Source of the DNA: a virus
Taxonomy: Duplodnaviria; Caudoviricetes
Direction: 5' to 3' (one strand)
DNA length: 54,023 nt
IMG/VR virus record: IMGVR_UViG_3300037478_000666
Span: 1 to 54,023 of that record
The translations under genes were made by a program, and so were the position numbers. Below are positions 19,068 to 27,178 of this stretch, in pieces. The notes below the pieces were generated by a model that was not told where the DNA came from, searched no databases, and saw only the letters and a list, made by a program, of their open reading frames with translations. Position 1 is the first letter of the stretch; each line of letters begins with the position of its first letter.

Positions 19068-20812
19068 CCGTCCGACTGCGGTACCGCAAGAACCTGCTCG
19101 GCCTCTCGCGCGATCTCGATGCGCGAGTGCTGCGGAACCGCGTCTACCCGAAGGGCGTGGCGGTCGACGGCATCCACTGGACGATGGGCAATGCGCGGTG
19201 GGAGATCATCGATCGGGACGTGACCGCGCAAACAATCACGATCGGCCCGGACCTGACCGGCGACCCGGTACGGTACGCGGACCAGCTGAACAAGCTCGGC
19301 GTCCAGCTCGTCGGGTCGTCGACGCTGTTCGAGATCACGACTGCGACGACGGCCGGCGTGCTGACGCTTCGCACGTTCGACCCGAACACGCTGGTCGTCG
19401 GCGAGTTCGTGCATATCCGTGTGATCGACCCGTGCGCTCCGAACGGCTGGTATCAGCTCACGCGGCTGGATCGGCCAGCCTCCATTGCGAACTACGGCAT
19501 GGTCGAAGCGACAGTCGAGCGCAATGACATCCCACCGATCGACGTGCTGAACCCGGACCCGTTTCTTCAGTCGTGGACATCCGGCGGCTCGCCGTTGCCG
19601 TCGGACTGGCCGTACACGATCGCGGACGCGTTCGGCCAGATCAGCGACGAACGGTTCCGGCGCTACGGTCCGTACTCGCTCTGGCTGCTCACGTTCAGCG
19701 GCCTGGCGTTCGGCGCAGAGTCCGAGTGGTTCCCTGTCTATCCGAGCGCTGAGCATCCGTATTTCGGCCTGGTCACGTCGCTGCTCGTCGTTCAGGGCGA
19801 GGTGCAGATCGTGATCTACGCAGACACGGTCGGCGATGCGACGGGCCCGATTTTCGGTTCCGGCGCGAGCTACGTCGAGTTTCCCGACCCATCCGGGCAG
19901 CTCGCCAGCACTACCCGGCTGAACGTGTGGATCGATCTGTCCATCGAAGGCGTCGACCTGTGGGAAATCGGCGCGAAGCAGGTGAAACTGGCTGTCCGGC
20001 CTGTGCCCGGCGTCGAGTCGGAGTATTACTTCGACGCGGCCATGTTCACGCAGACGCCGACCCGCCCGTCGATCTTCTACGACCGGATCGCCAGCAACCA
20101 GCTCTGGCACGCATCGAACGATGAACTCGCACTATTCGGTGAGCCGCAAGCCTCGTACGAGGTCGACATTGCGGACCGCTACCGGATCGACCCGGCCACG
20201 TTCCAGTTCGACGAGATCCGGAAGGGCGTGCCCGCGACTGTGTTCGACCCCGAACTACTCGGCGGTTCAGTACTGACGCGCGTCGTGGATCTGCGTCGTG
20301 GTCTGCGGAAGACCACGGCGGGCGTCAGCCGCGTCGTACTGTCGGCCAAGCAGGAGGACCTGACGCGGATCACCGGGCGCGAGGCGCCGATCAGCCGGCC
20401 GCTGATTCCCGACCCCGTCGACCCGGAGGTCGGGGCCGGCACAACGGGCGGCGCGATGTCGAACCTGGCCGTTGAACTCCAGATCGATCCGGACTCCAAC
20501 GGCCACGACTACCATCTGCTGTCCTGGGATCACACACAGTCGATCGAGGCCGCGGTCGGCGGCCCGTACACGGTCGACATCTACCAGATCGAGGACGGCG
20601 GAACGCCTACGTCACTGACGACCGACCGTGATCCGCGGCTCGAGTACGGCGGCAGCAACACAGAAGCGTACAAGGGCAGCTTCCGGGTGGGCATCAGCCC
20701 CGGCGTTCAGGGCGTCGACCCGTACCGGCAGTACGTCTATCAGGTCGTGCTCAAGACTGGCGGAACCGCTGGCCGTACGTACCTGACATCGATCACCGGC
20801 TACTACATCTGA
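19064..20812 (+). CDS. Tail protein carrying the C-half of a Tal/prophage-tail hub domain
   Basis: Starts RLRYRKNLLGLSRDLDARVLRNRVYPKG; SIANYGMVE; EPQASYEVDIAD; FDEIRKGVPATVFDPEL. Confidence 0.8.
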   Translation: MTVRLRYRKNLLGLSRDLDARVLRNRVYPKGVAVDGIHWTMGNARWEIIDRDVTAQTITIGPDLTGDPVRYADQLNKLGVQLVGSSTLFEITTATTAGVLTLRTFDPNTLVVGEFVHIRVIDPCAPNGWYQLTRLDRPASIANYGMVEATVERNDIPPIDVLNPDPFLQSWTSGGSPLPSDWPYTIADAFGQISDERFRRYGPYSLWLLTFSGLAFGAESEWFPVYPSAEHPYFGLVTSLLVVQGEVQIVIYADTVGDATGPIFGSGASYVEFPDPSGQLASTTRLNVWIDLSIEGVDLWEIGAKQVKLAVRPVPGVESEYYFDAAMFTQTPTRPSIFYDRIASNQLWHASNDELALFGEPQASYEVDIADRYRIDPATFQFDEIRKGVPATVFDPELLGGSVLTRVVDLRRGLRKTTAGVSRVVLSAKQEDLTRITGREAPISRPLIPDPVDPEVGAGTTGGAMSNLAVELQIDPDSNGHDYHLLSWDHTQSIEAAVGGPYTVDIYQIEDGGTPTSLTTDRDPRLEYGGSNTEAYKGSFRVGISPGVQGVDPYRQYVYQVVLKTGGTAGRTYLTSITGYYI

Positions 20813-20814
20813 TT

Positions 20815-20994
20815 ATGGGATGCGGCTGCTCGAAGCGCGCGGCGCTGGCGGTGAAAGCCGACGACTGGGCGAGGGACCGGCTGAATATCGGTCTGCCGCG
20901 GCGGGTTCGACTGTTCATGGAACGGAAGGCTGCCCAGGGCGGCAAGGTGTCCGCTCAGGACGTTCAGCGATCTTACAAGGAGCGTGTAGCATGA
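20815..20994 (+). CDS. Small basic protein with N-terminal MGCGC motif (59 aa, below the ORF-track cutoff)
   Basis: MGCGCSKRAALAVKADDWARDRLNIGLPRRVRLFMERKAAQGGKVSAQDVQRSYKERVA; stop overlaps the next ATG. Confidence 0.65.
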   Translation: MGCGCSKRAALAVKADDWARDRLNIGLPRRVRLFMERKAAQGGKVSAQDVQRSYKERVA

Positions 20995-22859
20995 AACGAT
21001 TACTGATAGTCGCCGCGTTGCTCGCGGCCGGTAGCGGGGGCGTAGCAGCGCAGCAATGCACGGTGCCGACGTTCGGCCTGCCGTCCACAATGGGATCGCC
21101 GTACTATGTGATCCGGCTCGGACCGCCCGATGACACGTTGTCGGCACACACGACGCCGAACCGGGCGGCGGACCGGGTGCTCGAGTGGGCCGCCCGCGAT
21201 CCGCTCCGACAATACCGGGTACGCCAGACGCTCGAATGGCGGGCCGAGGTGTGCATCCCGCCTTTGCCGCCGGACACGTTGCCGCCCGAGGGACAGGACA
21301 CCGTACCCCTACCGCCGCCGGGTCAGGCAATCGTGCTCGATACGGTGGTCGAGATCGAAGGCGCGGGTATCGAGGTCACGGCGACCGCGAGAGACAGCGC
21401 TGGCGTCGTCGTGGGGTTGCCCGTGCGGTTCGACATCAGCGGGGGAACATTCGCTATCGGCTCGTGCTGCACTATCACGCGGAGCACGTCAGGTAACGGT
21501 ACGGCTGGCGTCGCATGGGTCGGGTTCGCGTCGACCGACAGCCTGACGATCACGGCTGCGGGTGCGGCTGCGGTCATAGTACGCCGGACCGTGCAGCCTC
21601 CACCCCCGCCGCCCCCGCCCCCTCCGCCGCCCGGTCCGATCGACAGCGCGGACGTTACGCCGCTCGCGCTGCGAACATTGCTCGGGCCGCTGGTTGCACG
21701 TGGAACGAATCCGACCGGCTGGCCGACATCGTTCGACCCGCGACTGGACGTGGCGATTGCGCGAATGGTGAGCGAGGTCGCTGCCGGTAGCTTCTCCGCG
21801 GTCATCGACGGCGGCGATCAGGACAATGCGCACTATGGCCCGCTGCGGTTGGTGGCCATGCGGAACATCCGGGCCGGGTTGCCGCTCGACGAGAGCGAAC
21901 CGGGATTCGCGGCGGCGCTGGCCGTGACTCGCGCCACGCTCCGACAGTATTCTATCCCGAACCAGAGCACGTTTTCACAATACAACCGGTACAGCGACTG
22001 GGCCGACTGTGAGCTGGTCGTGCTGCTGTATCGCGGCCAGGGGGATGACAACGGAGTACTCGCGGATCAGTGCCTGCGTCATCTCTGGATCGCGGCCGTC
22101 TGGGGCTCGACGTTCATCACGCCGCTGACAAAGAGTCTGACGCACCAGTGGATGGACACACGCACGGCCGCCATGGTGTTGGACATCGCGATGGCCGCCG
22201 ACCGGCTCGGCATTGCGTACGGTGTGCAGCCGCCGAATTACAGCCGCTCGTCGTGGAACAAGCCGGCCGGTGTCACAACGTGGCGCGAGTGGGTGCTGTA
22301 CCTGGGCCAGTGGATAGCGGACGTGCAGGCCGAGTCCGACCGTCGATTCGTGGGCATGACGGACGGCATGGGTCACGTGGTCCTGCCGGGCGGGACGCGA
22401 TGGAAAGGCAACACGGCGGAACAGCAGCATCCGATGCCGGCCGAGCCGTACGGGCTGAACGTGTTCATGTCGGCGATGCTCGCGGACGTATTGTTGCGCG
22501 CGGATCGCGAGTACGGCTGCACGGCGTGCCGCGATGTCGCAATCGCATCGGCCGCGGTCGTGCAGCAGAAGTACCACACGACCCGCCTGACGCTGCCGTA
22601 TCTGACTGCGGCCGCGCCGGCTGGCGGCACGTTCACGAACACCAATCAGGACTACGACCTGAACAATTTCTGGCCGGGGCCGCTGCTGCAGATGCACGCG
22701 CTGACAGGCGAGGCGTGGATGCGCGACATTGCGATCGGCCTGTTGGCAAACTCGCGACTCGGTGCGTGGGATTGGAGATTCAAGCAGGCGCAGCAACTGG
22801 GCTCCGCGACTTTTCCGCAGACCTCGGAGGCGTTGCTGGCCGGGCTGCGCTGGCGCTGA
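20991..22859 (+). CDS. Secreted protein: signal peptide, Ig-like region, poly-Pro linker, helical C-terminal domain
   Basis: AAGGAG RBS; MKRLLIVAALLAAGSGGVAA signal peptide; VTATARDSAGVVVG Ig-like; run of 12 Pro. Confidence 0.8.
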   Translation: MKRLLIVAALLAAGSGGVAAQQCTVPTFGLPSTMGSPYYVIRLGPPDDTLSAHTTPNRAADRVLEWAARDPLRQYRVRQTLEWRAEVCIPPLPPDTLPPEGQDTVPLPPPGQAIVLDTVVEIEGAGIEVTATARDSAGVVVGLPVRFDISGGTFAIGSCCTITRSTSGNGTAGVAWVGFASTDSLTITAAGAAAVIVRRTVQPPPPPPPPPPPPGPIDSADVTPLALRTLLGPLVARGTNPTGWPTSFDPRLDVAIARMVSEVAAGSFSAVIDGGDQDNAHYGPLRLVAMRNIRAGLPLDESEPGFAAALAVTRATLRQYSIPNQSTFSQYNRYSDWADCELVVLLYRGQGDDNGVLADQCLRHLWIAAVWGSTFITPLTKSLTHQWMDTRTAAMVLDIAMAADRLGIAYGVQPPNYSRSSWNKPAGVTTWREWVLYLGQWIADVQAESDRRFVGMTDGMGHVVLPGGTRWKGNTAEQQHPMPAEPYGLNVFMSAMLADVLLRADREYGCTACRDVAIASAAVVQQKYHTTRLTLPYLTAAAPAGGTFTNTNQDYDLNNFWPGPLLQMHALTGEAWMRDIAIGLLANSRLGAWDWRFKQAQQLGSATFPQTSEALLAGLRWR

Positions 22860-22937
22860 CTGTGGGGCGCGGTGATACTTACGTGACCGCGACAACACCT
22901 GAGTGATAGGGACTCTCTACCTTCGGAGGCGGAAGCC

Positions 22938-23234
22938 ATGAGCATGCAGGAACAGCGTGCGGCCGCGCACAAGATGGGGCTCGACGCGATCGCGTATTGG
23001 CGTGAGGCCGATGAGTTTTTCGCGAGCATCGCCGGCATGCGCGAAGCGGCAGGCGAGGGCTCTGTGATGATTTTCACGCGGGGCTACGATGCGAAGGAAG
23101 GGATCTTCCGGTTGTGGTACGGGTTGCGAACCGCGGCCGGCGAACAGGTGAGCGACGGCAATGGCGGCTTCTACGACGACGCAACGTGGCCGTGCCCACC
23201 GTTCCCGCCGCCGGGTGGCGGTGAGTGCATCTGA
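22938..23234 (+). CDS. Small protein ending in a PCPPFP...C motif
   Basis: GGAGG RBS; 98 aa; C-terminus FYDDATWPCPPFPPPGGGECI. Confidence 0.75.
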   Translation: MSMQEQRAAAHKMGLDAIAYWREADEFFASIAGMREAAGEGSVMIFTRGYDAKEGIFRLWYGLRTAAGEQVSDGNGGFYDDATWPCPPFPPPGGGECI

Positions 23235-23944
23235 TGGCCGTCCTGCAATGGGCGGTCTACCCGGCGCAACTGCTGCCGCTGGCGCTGTTCACGGTCCTCG
23301 CGATCTACGCGCAGATCCGCAAGCGATCACGACCCGACGACGACGCATGGCAGATCGCGACCGCGCTGGCGTTCTCATTCGCAGCCGATGCGGTCGCGCG
23401 GAAAATGATGGGCATGGGCATCAACAACAACATCGTGATGCACTTCGCCGCGCCGATCCAGTTCGGTCTGCTGCTGCATGTATTCCGGCCGCGCGACCTC
23501 GCGGTGGCGACTTTCGTGATGGTGCTGCTGACGCTCGCCGCGGCCTCCGATGGATTCGTGCGACCGGAACGGTGGATCCAGCTTACGATGGGCGTGTGGG
23601 TCGCGTGGGCCGCGTACCGGAGCGTCAGTCCGTACCGCTGGCCGGTGATGCTGTATTGCGCGGCGGCCGTGCCGTTGGTGGCATGGACGAGCCTGCCGCC
23701 ATCGCTCGACGGGCCATGGCTGGTGGCGTTCGGTGCGTATCACGTCGTGCGGCTCGTTGCTCTGTTGTGCGTGGTCGCCGTGCTGGCGGGCTCGCTGTAC
23801 CCCCGACGACAGGAGGCGACCGTTGAACATGTGGGGCGCGTTGGTCGCCGTCGCGGCCGAGGACCCTCTACTCACCGCTCTGCTGGTAGCACTGGCGGTG
23901 AACGCCTACCTGTCCGTGCGGGGCCGGCGGGCTGGCATTACTGA
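23234..23944 (+). CDS. Polytopic membrane protein, about 7 TM segments
   Basis: TGATG coupling to the upstream gene; seven hydrophobic stretches; GINNNIVMHF..IQFGLL motif. Confidence 0.75.
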   Translation: MAVLQWAVYPAQLLPLALFTVLAIYAQIRKRSRPDDDAWQIATALAFSFAADAVARKMMGMGINNNIVMHFAAPIQFGLLLHVFRPRDLAVATFVMVLLTLAAASDGFVRPERWIQLTMGVWVAWAAYRSVSPYRWPVMLYCAAAVPLVAWTSLPPSLDGPWLVAFGAYHVVRLVALLCVVAVLAGSLYPRRQEATVEHVGRVGRRRGRGPSTHRSAGSTGGERLPVRAGPAGWHY

Positions 23945-24089
23945 GGCGGAAAAGCACCCGTGCGATGGACTGCGCGTTGAGATCCGGACATTGACCGAGG
24001 CCATGTCACTGGCGCACGAAAAGTCGCGGACCGAGACCCGGCATGAGATCGAACGGGCAGTGGATGAAATTATACGCGGGGTCAAGTGA
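23823..24089 (+). CDS. Membrane-anchored coiled-coil protein (holin/spanin-like)
   Basis: AGGAGG then TTG at 23823 (or ATG 23829); N-terminal TM; overlaps the 3' end of the 7-TM gene. Confidence 0.6.
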   Translation: MNMWGALVAVAAEDPLLTALLVALAVNAYLSVRGRRAGITEAEKHPCDGLRVEIRTLTEAMSLAHEKSRTETRHEIERAVDEIIRGVK

Positions 24090-24343
24090 TGGCCGCCGAA
24101 GGTGAACGCAACGGGTCCGCCATGACCAAGGTCGTGATCGGCGTGTTCGCAACGCTCGCGGCTGCGGGTGTGATTGCGACGGCCGGATTCACGCAACGTA
24201 CCGCCGTGGCGGTCGAACGCACGAACGGCGCAATCGATAATGTCAACGTTGGTGTCGGGTTCCTGCGCGATCAGGTGACCACGCTGCAACGCCAGATCGA
24301 GAGTTTGGAGATACGGGTCAGAGCATTGGAGGTTCGACGGTGA
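24089..24343 (+). CDS. Single-TM coiled-coil protein (lysis region)
   Basis: VVIGVFATLAAAGVIATAG TM, then LQRQIESLEIRVRALE coil. Confidence 0.65.
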   Translation: MAAEGERNGSAMTKVVIGVFATLAAAGVIATAGFTQRTAVAVERTNGAIDNVNVGVGFLRDQVTTLQRQIESLEIRVRALEVRR

Positions 24344-24588
24344 TGAAAACGAATGGATCGCTACCCGTCTGGGTCATCCGCACGTGGCACCTGTCAGCGC
24401 TTCTGACGGCCGTGTTGATCGGCCTGCTTGCATGGTCGGCCCGTCAGACGGCCCGCACGAGTGCAGCGACGGAAACGGCTGTTCTGGAAGCCGTGGTCGA
24501 GTTGCGGTCAATGAACGCATTCTGGGGGCAGGCGCTGCGACGCGCGGATTCGCTGCGGGCAGTGTTGCGGGACTCGCTGGGGCGCTGA
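24340..24588 (+). CDS. Single-TM protein, possible i-spanin-like
   Basis: LSALLTAVLIGLLAWS TM followed by a helical segment. Confidence 0.55.
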   Translation: MMKTNGSLPVWVIRTWHLSALLTAVLIGLLAWSARQTARTSAATETAVLEAVVELRSMNAFWGQALRRADSLRAVLRDSLGR

Positions 24589-24831
24589 GTGCCCCGCATC
24601 GAGAAGGTCGGCACGTTCGAGGCGGTCTGGGCCGCGCCAGACGAGTACATCGTCAACCAGGCCACCGGCAAGCAGGGCAAGTGCATGGCGGGCAAGATCC
24701 GGATCACGAAGCTTGAAACCGGCCGGCGCTGGTATGTCGATGCCGACGACTTCCGCGATTCAGGCTGGACCGGGATCGACGCACCGACCCCGGACTATTT
24801 CCGGCAGCCACCAACGGAGGAGCCATCATGA
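24589..24831 (+). CDS. Hypothetical protein
   Basis: 80 aa; fills the operon gap; ATGA-coupled downstream. Confidence 0.6.
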   Translation: MPRIEKVGTFEAVWAAPDEYIVNQATGKQGKCMAGKIRITKLETGRRWYVDADDFRDSGWTGIDAPTPDYFRQPPTEEPS

Positions 24832-24968
24832 ACAAGTCACAGGTTGCGCTGCTGCTGTCGGTCATCGCACTGCTGATCGCCGCGTTGGGCCTGTTCGGCG
24901 TGGCGGCGCAGGGCGCAGCGATTGCGCTGATTCTGCTGGCCGTCGCGGTGGTCGTGCTGGCGGCGTGA
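24828..24968 (+). CDS. 46-aa two-TM protein, holin candidate
   Basis: GGAGGAG RBS; MNKSQVALLLSVIALLIAALGLFGVAAQGAAIALILLAVAVVVLAA. Confidence 0.7.
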   Translation: MNKSQVALLLSVIALLIAALGLFGVAAQGAAIALILLAVAVVVLAA

Positions 24969-25237
24969 CCGAACGCACGTGGCGGTTGCCCGACGTTCCG
25001 CGCGGAGACCTTCCGCCGGATCTCGACGACGGCCGCATCTGCTACTGGCGTGACGAGACGGGCGAGTGGTGGATCTACCTGCCACGCGGCGGCGTCGGGC
25101 GACTCACCGCCCACACGGTGACGGAGCACGAGGACCGAACTATCACCGTGAGCCCGTCGATCGGGATGCGGAAGTCGAGCGAGGGCGGCTTCGTTCGGCA
25201 TGGCTTCCTGGAGCGCGGCAAGTGGAGGGAAGTGTGA
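24965..25237 (+). CDS. DUF6527-like protein
   Basis: GTGA-coupled; TITVSPSI...RHGFLERGKW matches the TLxPSI..H.F...G.W pattern. Confidence 0.65.
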   Translation: MTERTWRLPDVPRGDLPPDLDDGRICYWRDETGEWWIYLPRGGVGRLTAHTVTEHEDRTITVSPSIGMRKSSEGGFVRHGFLERGKWREV

Positions 25238-25695
25238 CCTTCGATCTGTTCGAGCGCGACTTCGCCCGCGAGCTGCAACGCTACGGCGTCACAGACTTCC
25301 GGCCGTCGGAGTTCGCCACCGAGGTTGGCGGCGTGCCGCCGATGGGCCTGTGGGACAACGCCATGCCGACGATCGTGCGCATCCAGCGGTTCCGGTCGTT
25401 TGTCGGCAAGCCGATCGTCATCTGCACCCGCGCGCACGGCCGGCGAGGCTACCGGGACTATCGGGCGAACAACGCGGTCGGCGGTGCCAGCGGCTCGATT
25501 CACATGAGGTTCAATGCGTTCGACATGACCGTACTCGGGTTGAGTGTGGCCGAAACTGTCGAGGCCATGGACCGGTTGTTTCCGGAGCGGGATCGCGACC
25601 TGTGGGGCCGCGGTACATATACTGCCAGCGGCTTCATCCATTGGGATACCCGCGGGCTGTTGGGCGAGCCGGCGCCCGCCCGCTGGACGGCGTAG
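25234..25695 (+). CDS. Endolysin, peptidase M15A family
   Basis: GYRDYRANNAVGGASGSIHMRFNAFD and GFIHWDTRG Zn-peptidase motifs. Confidence 0.88.
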   Translation: MTFDLFERDFARELQRYGVTDFRPSEFATEVGGVPPMGLWDNAMPTIVRIQRFRSFVGKPIVICTRAHGRRGYRDYRANNAVGGASGSIHMRFNAFDMTVLGLSVAETVEAMDRLFPERDRDLWGRGTYTASGFIHWDTRGLLGEPAPARWTA

Positions 25696-25697
25696 CG

Positions 25698-26063
25698 TTA
25701 CTCGACCACCCAGCCGTCCGCCGTGAGCGCGTCGATCGCAGCCCGCAGGTTCCTCACCCGCACATGGTCGCGATCGACCGTCGCGCCCGGAAGATCGATA
25801 GCCGCCTCGTACGCAGCCGGCGACGTCGCGCTCAGCCAGCCGCCACGGCCGCCAGGTGAGCCACCGTCCGGCTGGGCGTAGATGTCCGCCCCTCGCGCTC
25901 GGCGGTGATCCTGCCACGCCTGGCGGCGCTTCCCGTGCACCCAGATCCGGCCGGCGAACGTCGCGGCCTCCGCCTCGTTGCCCGGTCGGCACGGCTCACC
26001 CAGATGAGCCCCGCAGGCGGGGCACGGCACGGCCGCTATCGCCTTGGCGTCGCGACGGCTCAA
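25698..26063 (-). CDS. Zinc-finger protein
   Basis: TTG start after GGAGGAG, overlapping the upstream stop; CPACGAHLGEPC...VHGKR. Confidence 0.7.
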   Translation of the reverse strand: MSRRDAKAIAAVPCPACGAHLGEPCRPGNEAEAATFAGRIWVHGKRRQAWQDHRRARGADIYAQPDGGSPGGRGGWLSATSPAAYEAAIDLPGATVDRDHVRVRNLRAAIDALTADGWVVE

Positions 26064-26389
26064 GCCACTCCTCCGATCACGTTGCCGTCCTCGTCGTACA
26101 GCGCCCGGTCGTCGTCTCTCCCCGGCCAGTCCGCCGGCACCGCAGCGGTCACGTACCAGCCGGACTCGCCCGTCGCCTGACTGCTCCAGTGTGCGCCGAT
26201 GCGGATCACGACAGCCGAGATCGAGCGGCGGCCGTCGGCTTGCAGGATCACGCGGTCGCCCCCCATGGTCCTGCCCGACTCGCCGCCCTTCCACGTGTAC
26301 TCGGCGGGCGCCTCGATGGTCTCGCCGGTCCGCTCGCAATCCTCGTCCAGCAGGTAGGCCGTCCGGTCCATCTCGTGTGCGGTGTCCAT
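26060..26389 (-). CDS. Hypothetical protein
   Basis: GAGGAG RBS; 109 aa; part of the leftward operon. Confidence 0.7.
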   Translation of the reverse strand: MDTAHEMDRTAYLLDEDCERTGETIEAPAEYTWKGGESGRTMGGDRVILQADGRRSISAVVIRIGAHWSSQATGESGWYVTAAVPADWPGRDDDRALYDEDGNVIGGVA

Positions 26390-26391
26390 GG

Positions 26392-26577
26392 TCAGGTCTC
26401 CTCCTCGACAGCTTCGGCGATCTCCCGGAGGCCAGCTTCGCCCGAGGCGGTGAGCGCTACGCTGTGGGCGATCAGCGACACGTTCCCGTTGCTCGCAGCC
26501 TCGCGAATCCGCCTGCGCAGTTCCCTGTTGTTAGGCCCGGGGAAGTTGGCTCGGATCAGTCGCTCAATCTTGGTCAT
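26392..26577 (-). CDS. Small hypothetical protein
   Basis: GAGGA RBS; MTKIERLIRANF; 61 aa. Confidence 0.6.
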   Translation of the reverse strand: MTKIERLIRANFPGPNNRELRRRIREAASNGNVSLIAHSVALTASGEAGLREIAEAVEEET

Positions 26578-26650
26578 CGTCGTGTCCTCTCGGTTGGTGG
26601 TCGTGACGCAATGGGGCCCGGCCCTGTGCGAGCGGCCGGGAAGGCCGACG

Positions 26651-26986
26651 TTATGCCCGCCGCGCGCCGGAGACGCGGAGCCGGATCCCCTGCGATCCCG
26701 GCCGATACTCGACCTCGCACGTCTCGCCAGCGGCGGCAACCAGCTCAACCTCCGACTGGCTGCGCTCCTCGCGCGCCGTGCGGTTCTTGCCGACGCGGAG
26801 CAGGACATCCATAACCAGCGTCATGGCGGCAGCGTCCTCGGCCTCGCCACTGTGGCCGGCCGAGACCCACGGGTTGCCGGTGTTGCTCTCGACTACCGGC
26901 GTGCCGTCCGCGCGGCGCACCTGGTAGCGTGCCCAACCCTTGGACTTGCTGGGCTGACTCAGGATTTCGATGGTGATTTTTGTCAT
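26651..26986 (-). CDS. Hypothetical protein, first gene of the leftward operon
   Basis: GAGGA RBS; MTKITIEILSQPSKSKGWARY. Confidence 0.7.
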   Translation of the reverse strand: MTKITIEILSQPSKSKGWARYQVRRADGTPVVESNTGNPWVSAGHSGEAEDAAAMTLVMDVLLRVGKNRTAREERSQSEVELVAAAGETCEVEYRPGSQGIRLRVSGARRA

Positions 26987-27047
26987 TCGGGCCATCCTCG
27001 TGAGAGAGTGGAATCGGCGTGGCGGGCTGTCTCTCCCGCACACGAGG

Positions 27048-27076
27048 AATATAGCGGACCCCTCTGACGGTGTCAA
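27048..27076 (-). promoter_or_regulatory. Near-consensus sigma70 promoter TTGACA-N17-TATATT
   Basis: + strand AATATA (27048-53), 17 bp, TGTCAA (27071-76). Confidence 0.85.
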
Positions 27077-27088
27077 GTATTCTGACAC
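27070..27088. promoter_or_regulatory. Operator-like inverted repeat GTGTCA-N7-TGACAC overlapping the -35 box
   Basis: GTGTCAAGTATTCTGACAC. Confidence 0.6.
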
Positions 27089-27143
27089 GGGCGATTGTAA
27101 CAATGTCGGCGGCATCGGCTATTTTCCGCCGATGCGCGCCCGG

Positions 27144-27173
27144 TTGCGCCCCGTCCCCGCGGTCAGCTATACT
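27144..27173 (+). promoter_or_regulatory. Promoter TTGCGC-N18-TATACT giving a probably leaderless HTH mRNA
   Basis: -10 box ends 5 nt before ATG 27179; no SD. Confidence 0.6.
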
Positions 27174-27178
27174 GTAGC

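Noticed and set aside
14757-20812. Diversity-generating retroelement or invertible tail cassette
   Set aside because: No reverse transcriptase, no template/variable repeat pair and no invertase with inverted sites was seen.
20820-20990. N-terminal extension of the secreted protein, as given in the ORF track
   Set aside because: The RBS and signal peptide place the start at 20991; the gap is occupied by the MGCGC ORF in another frame.
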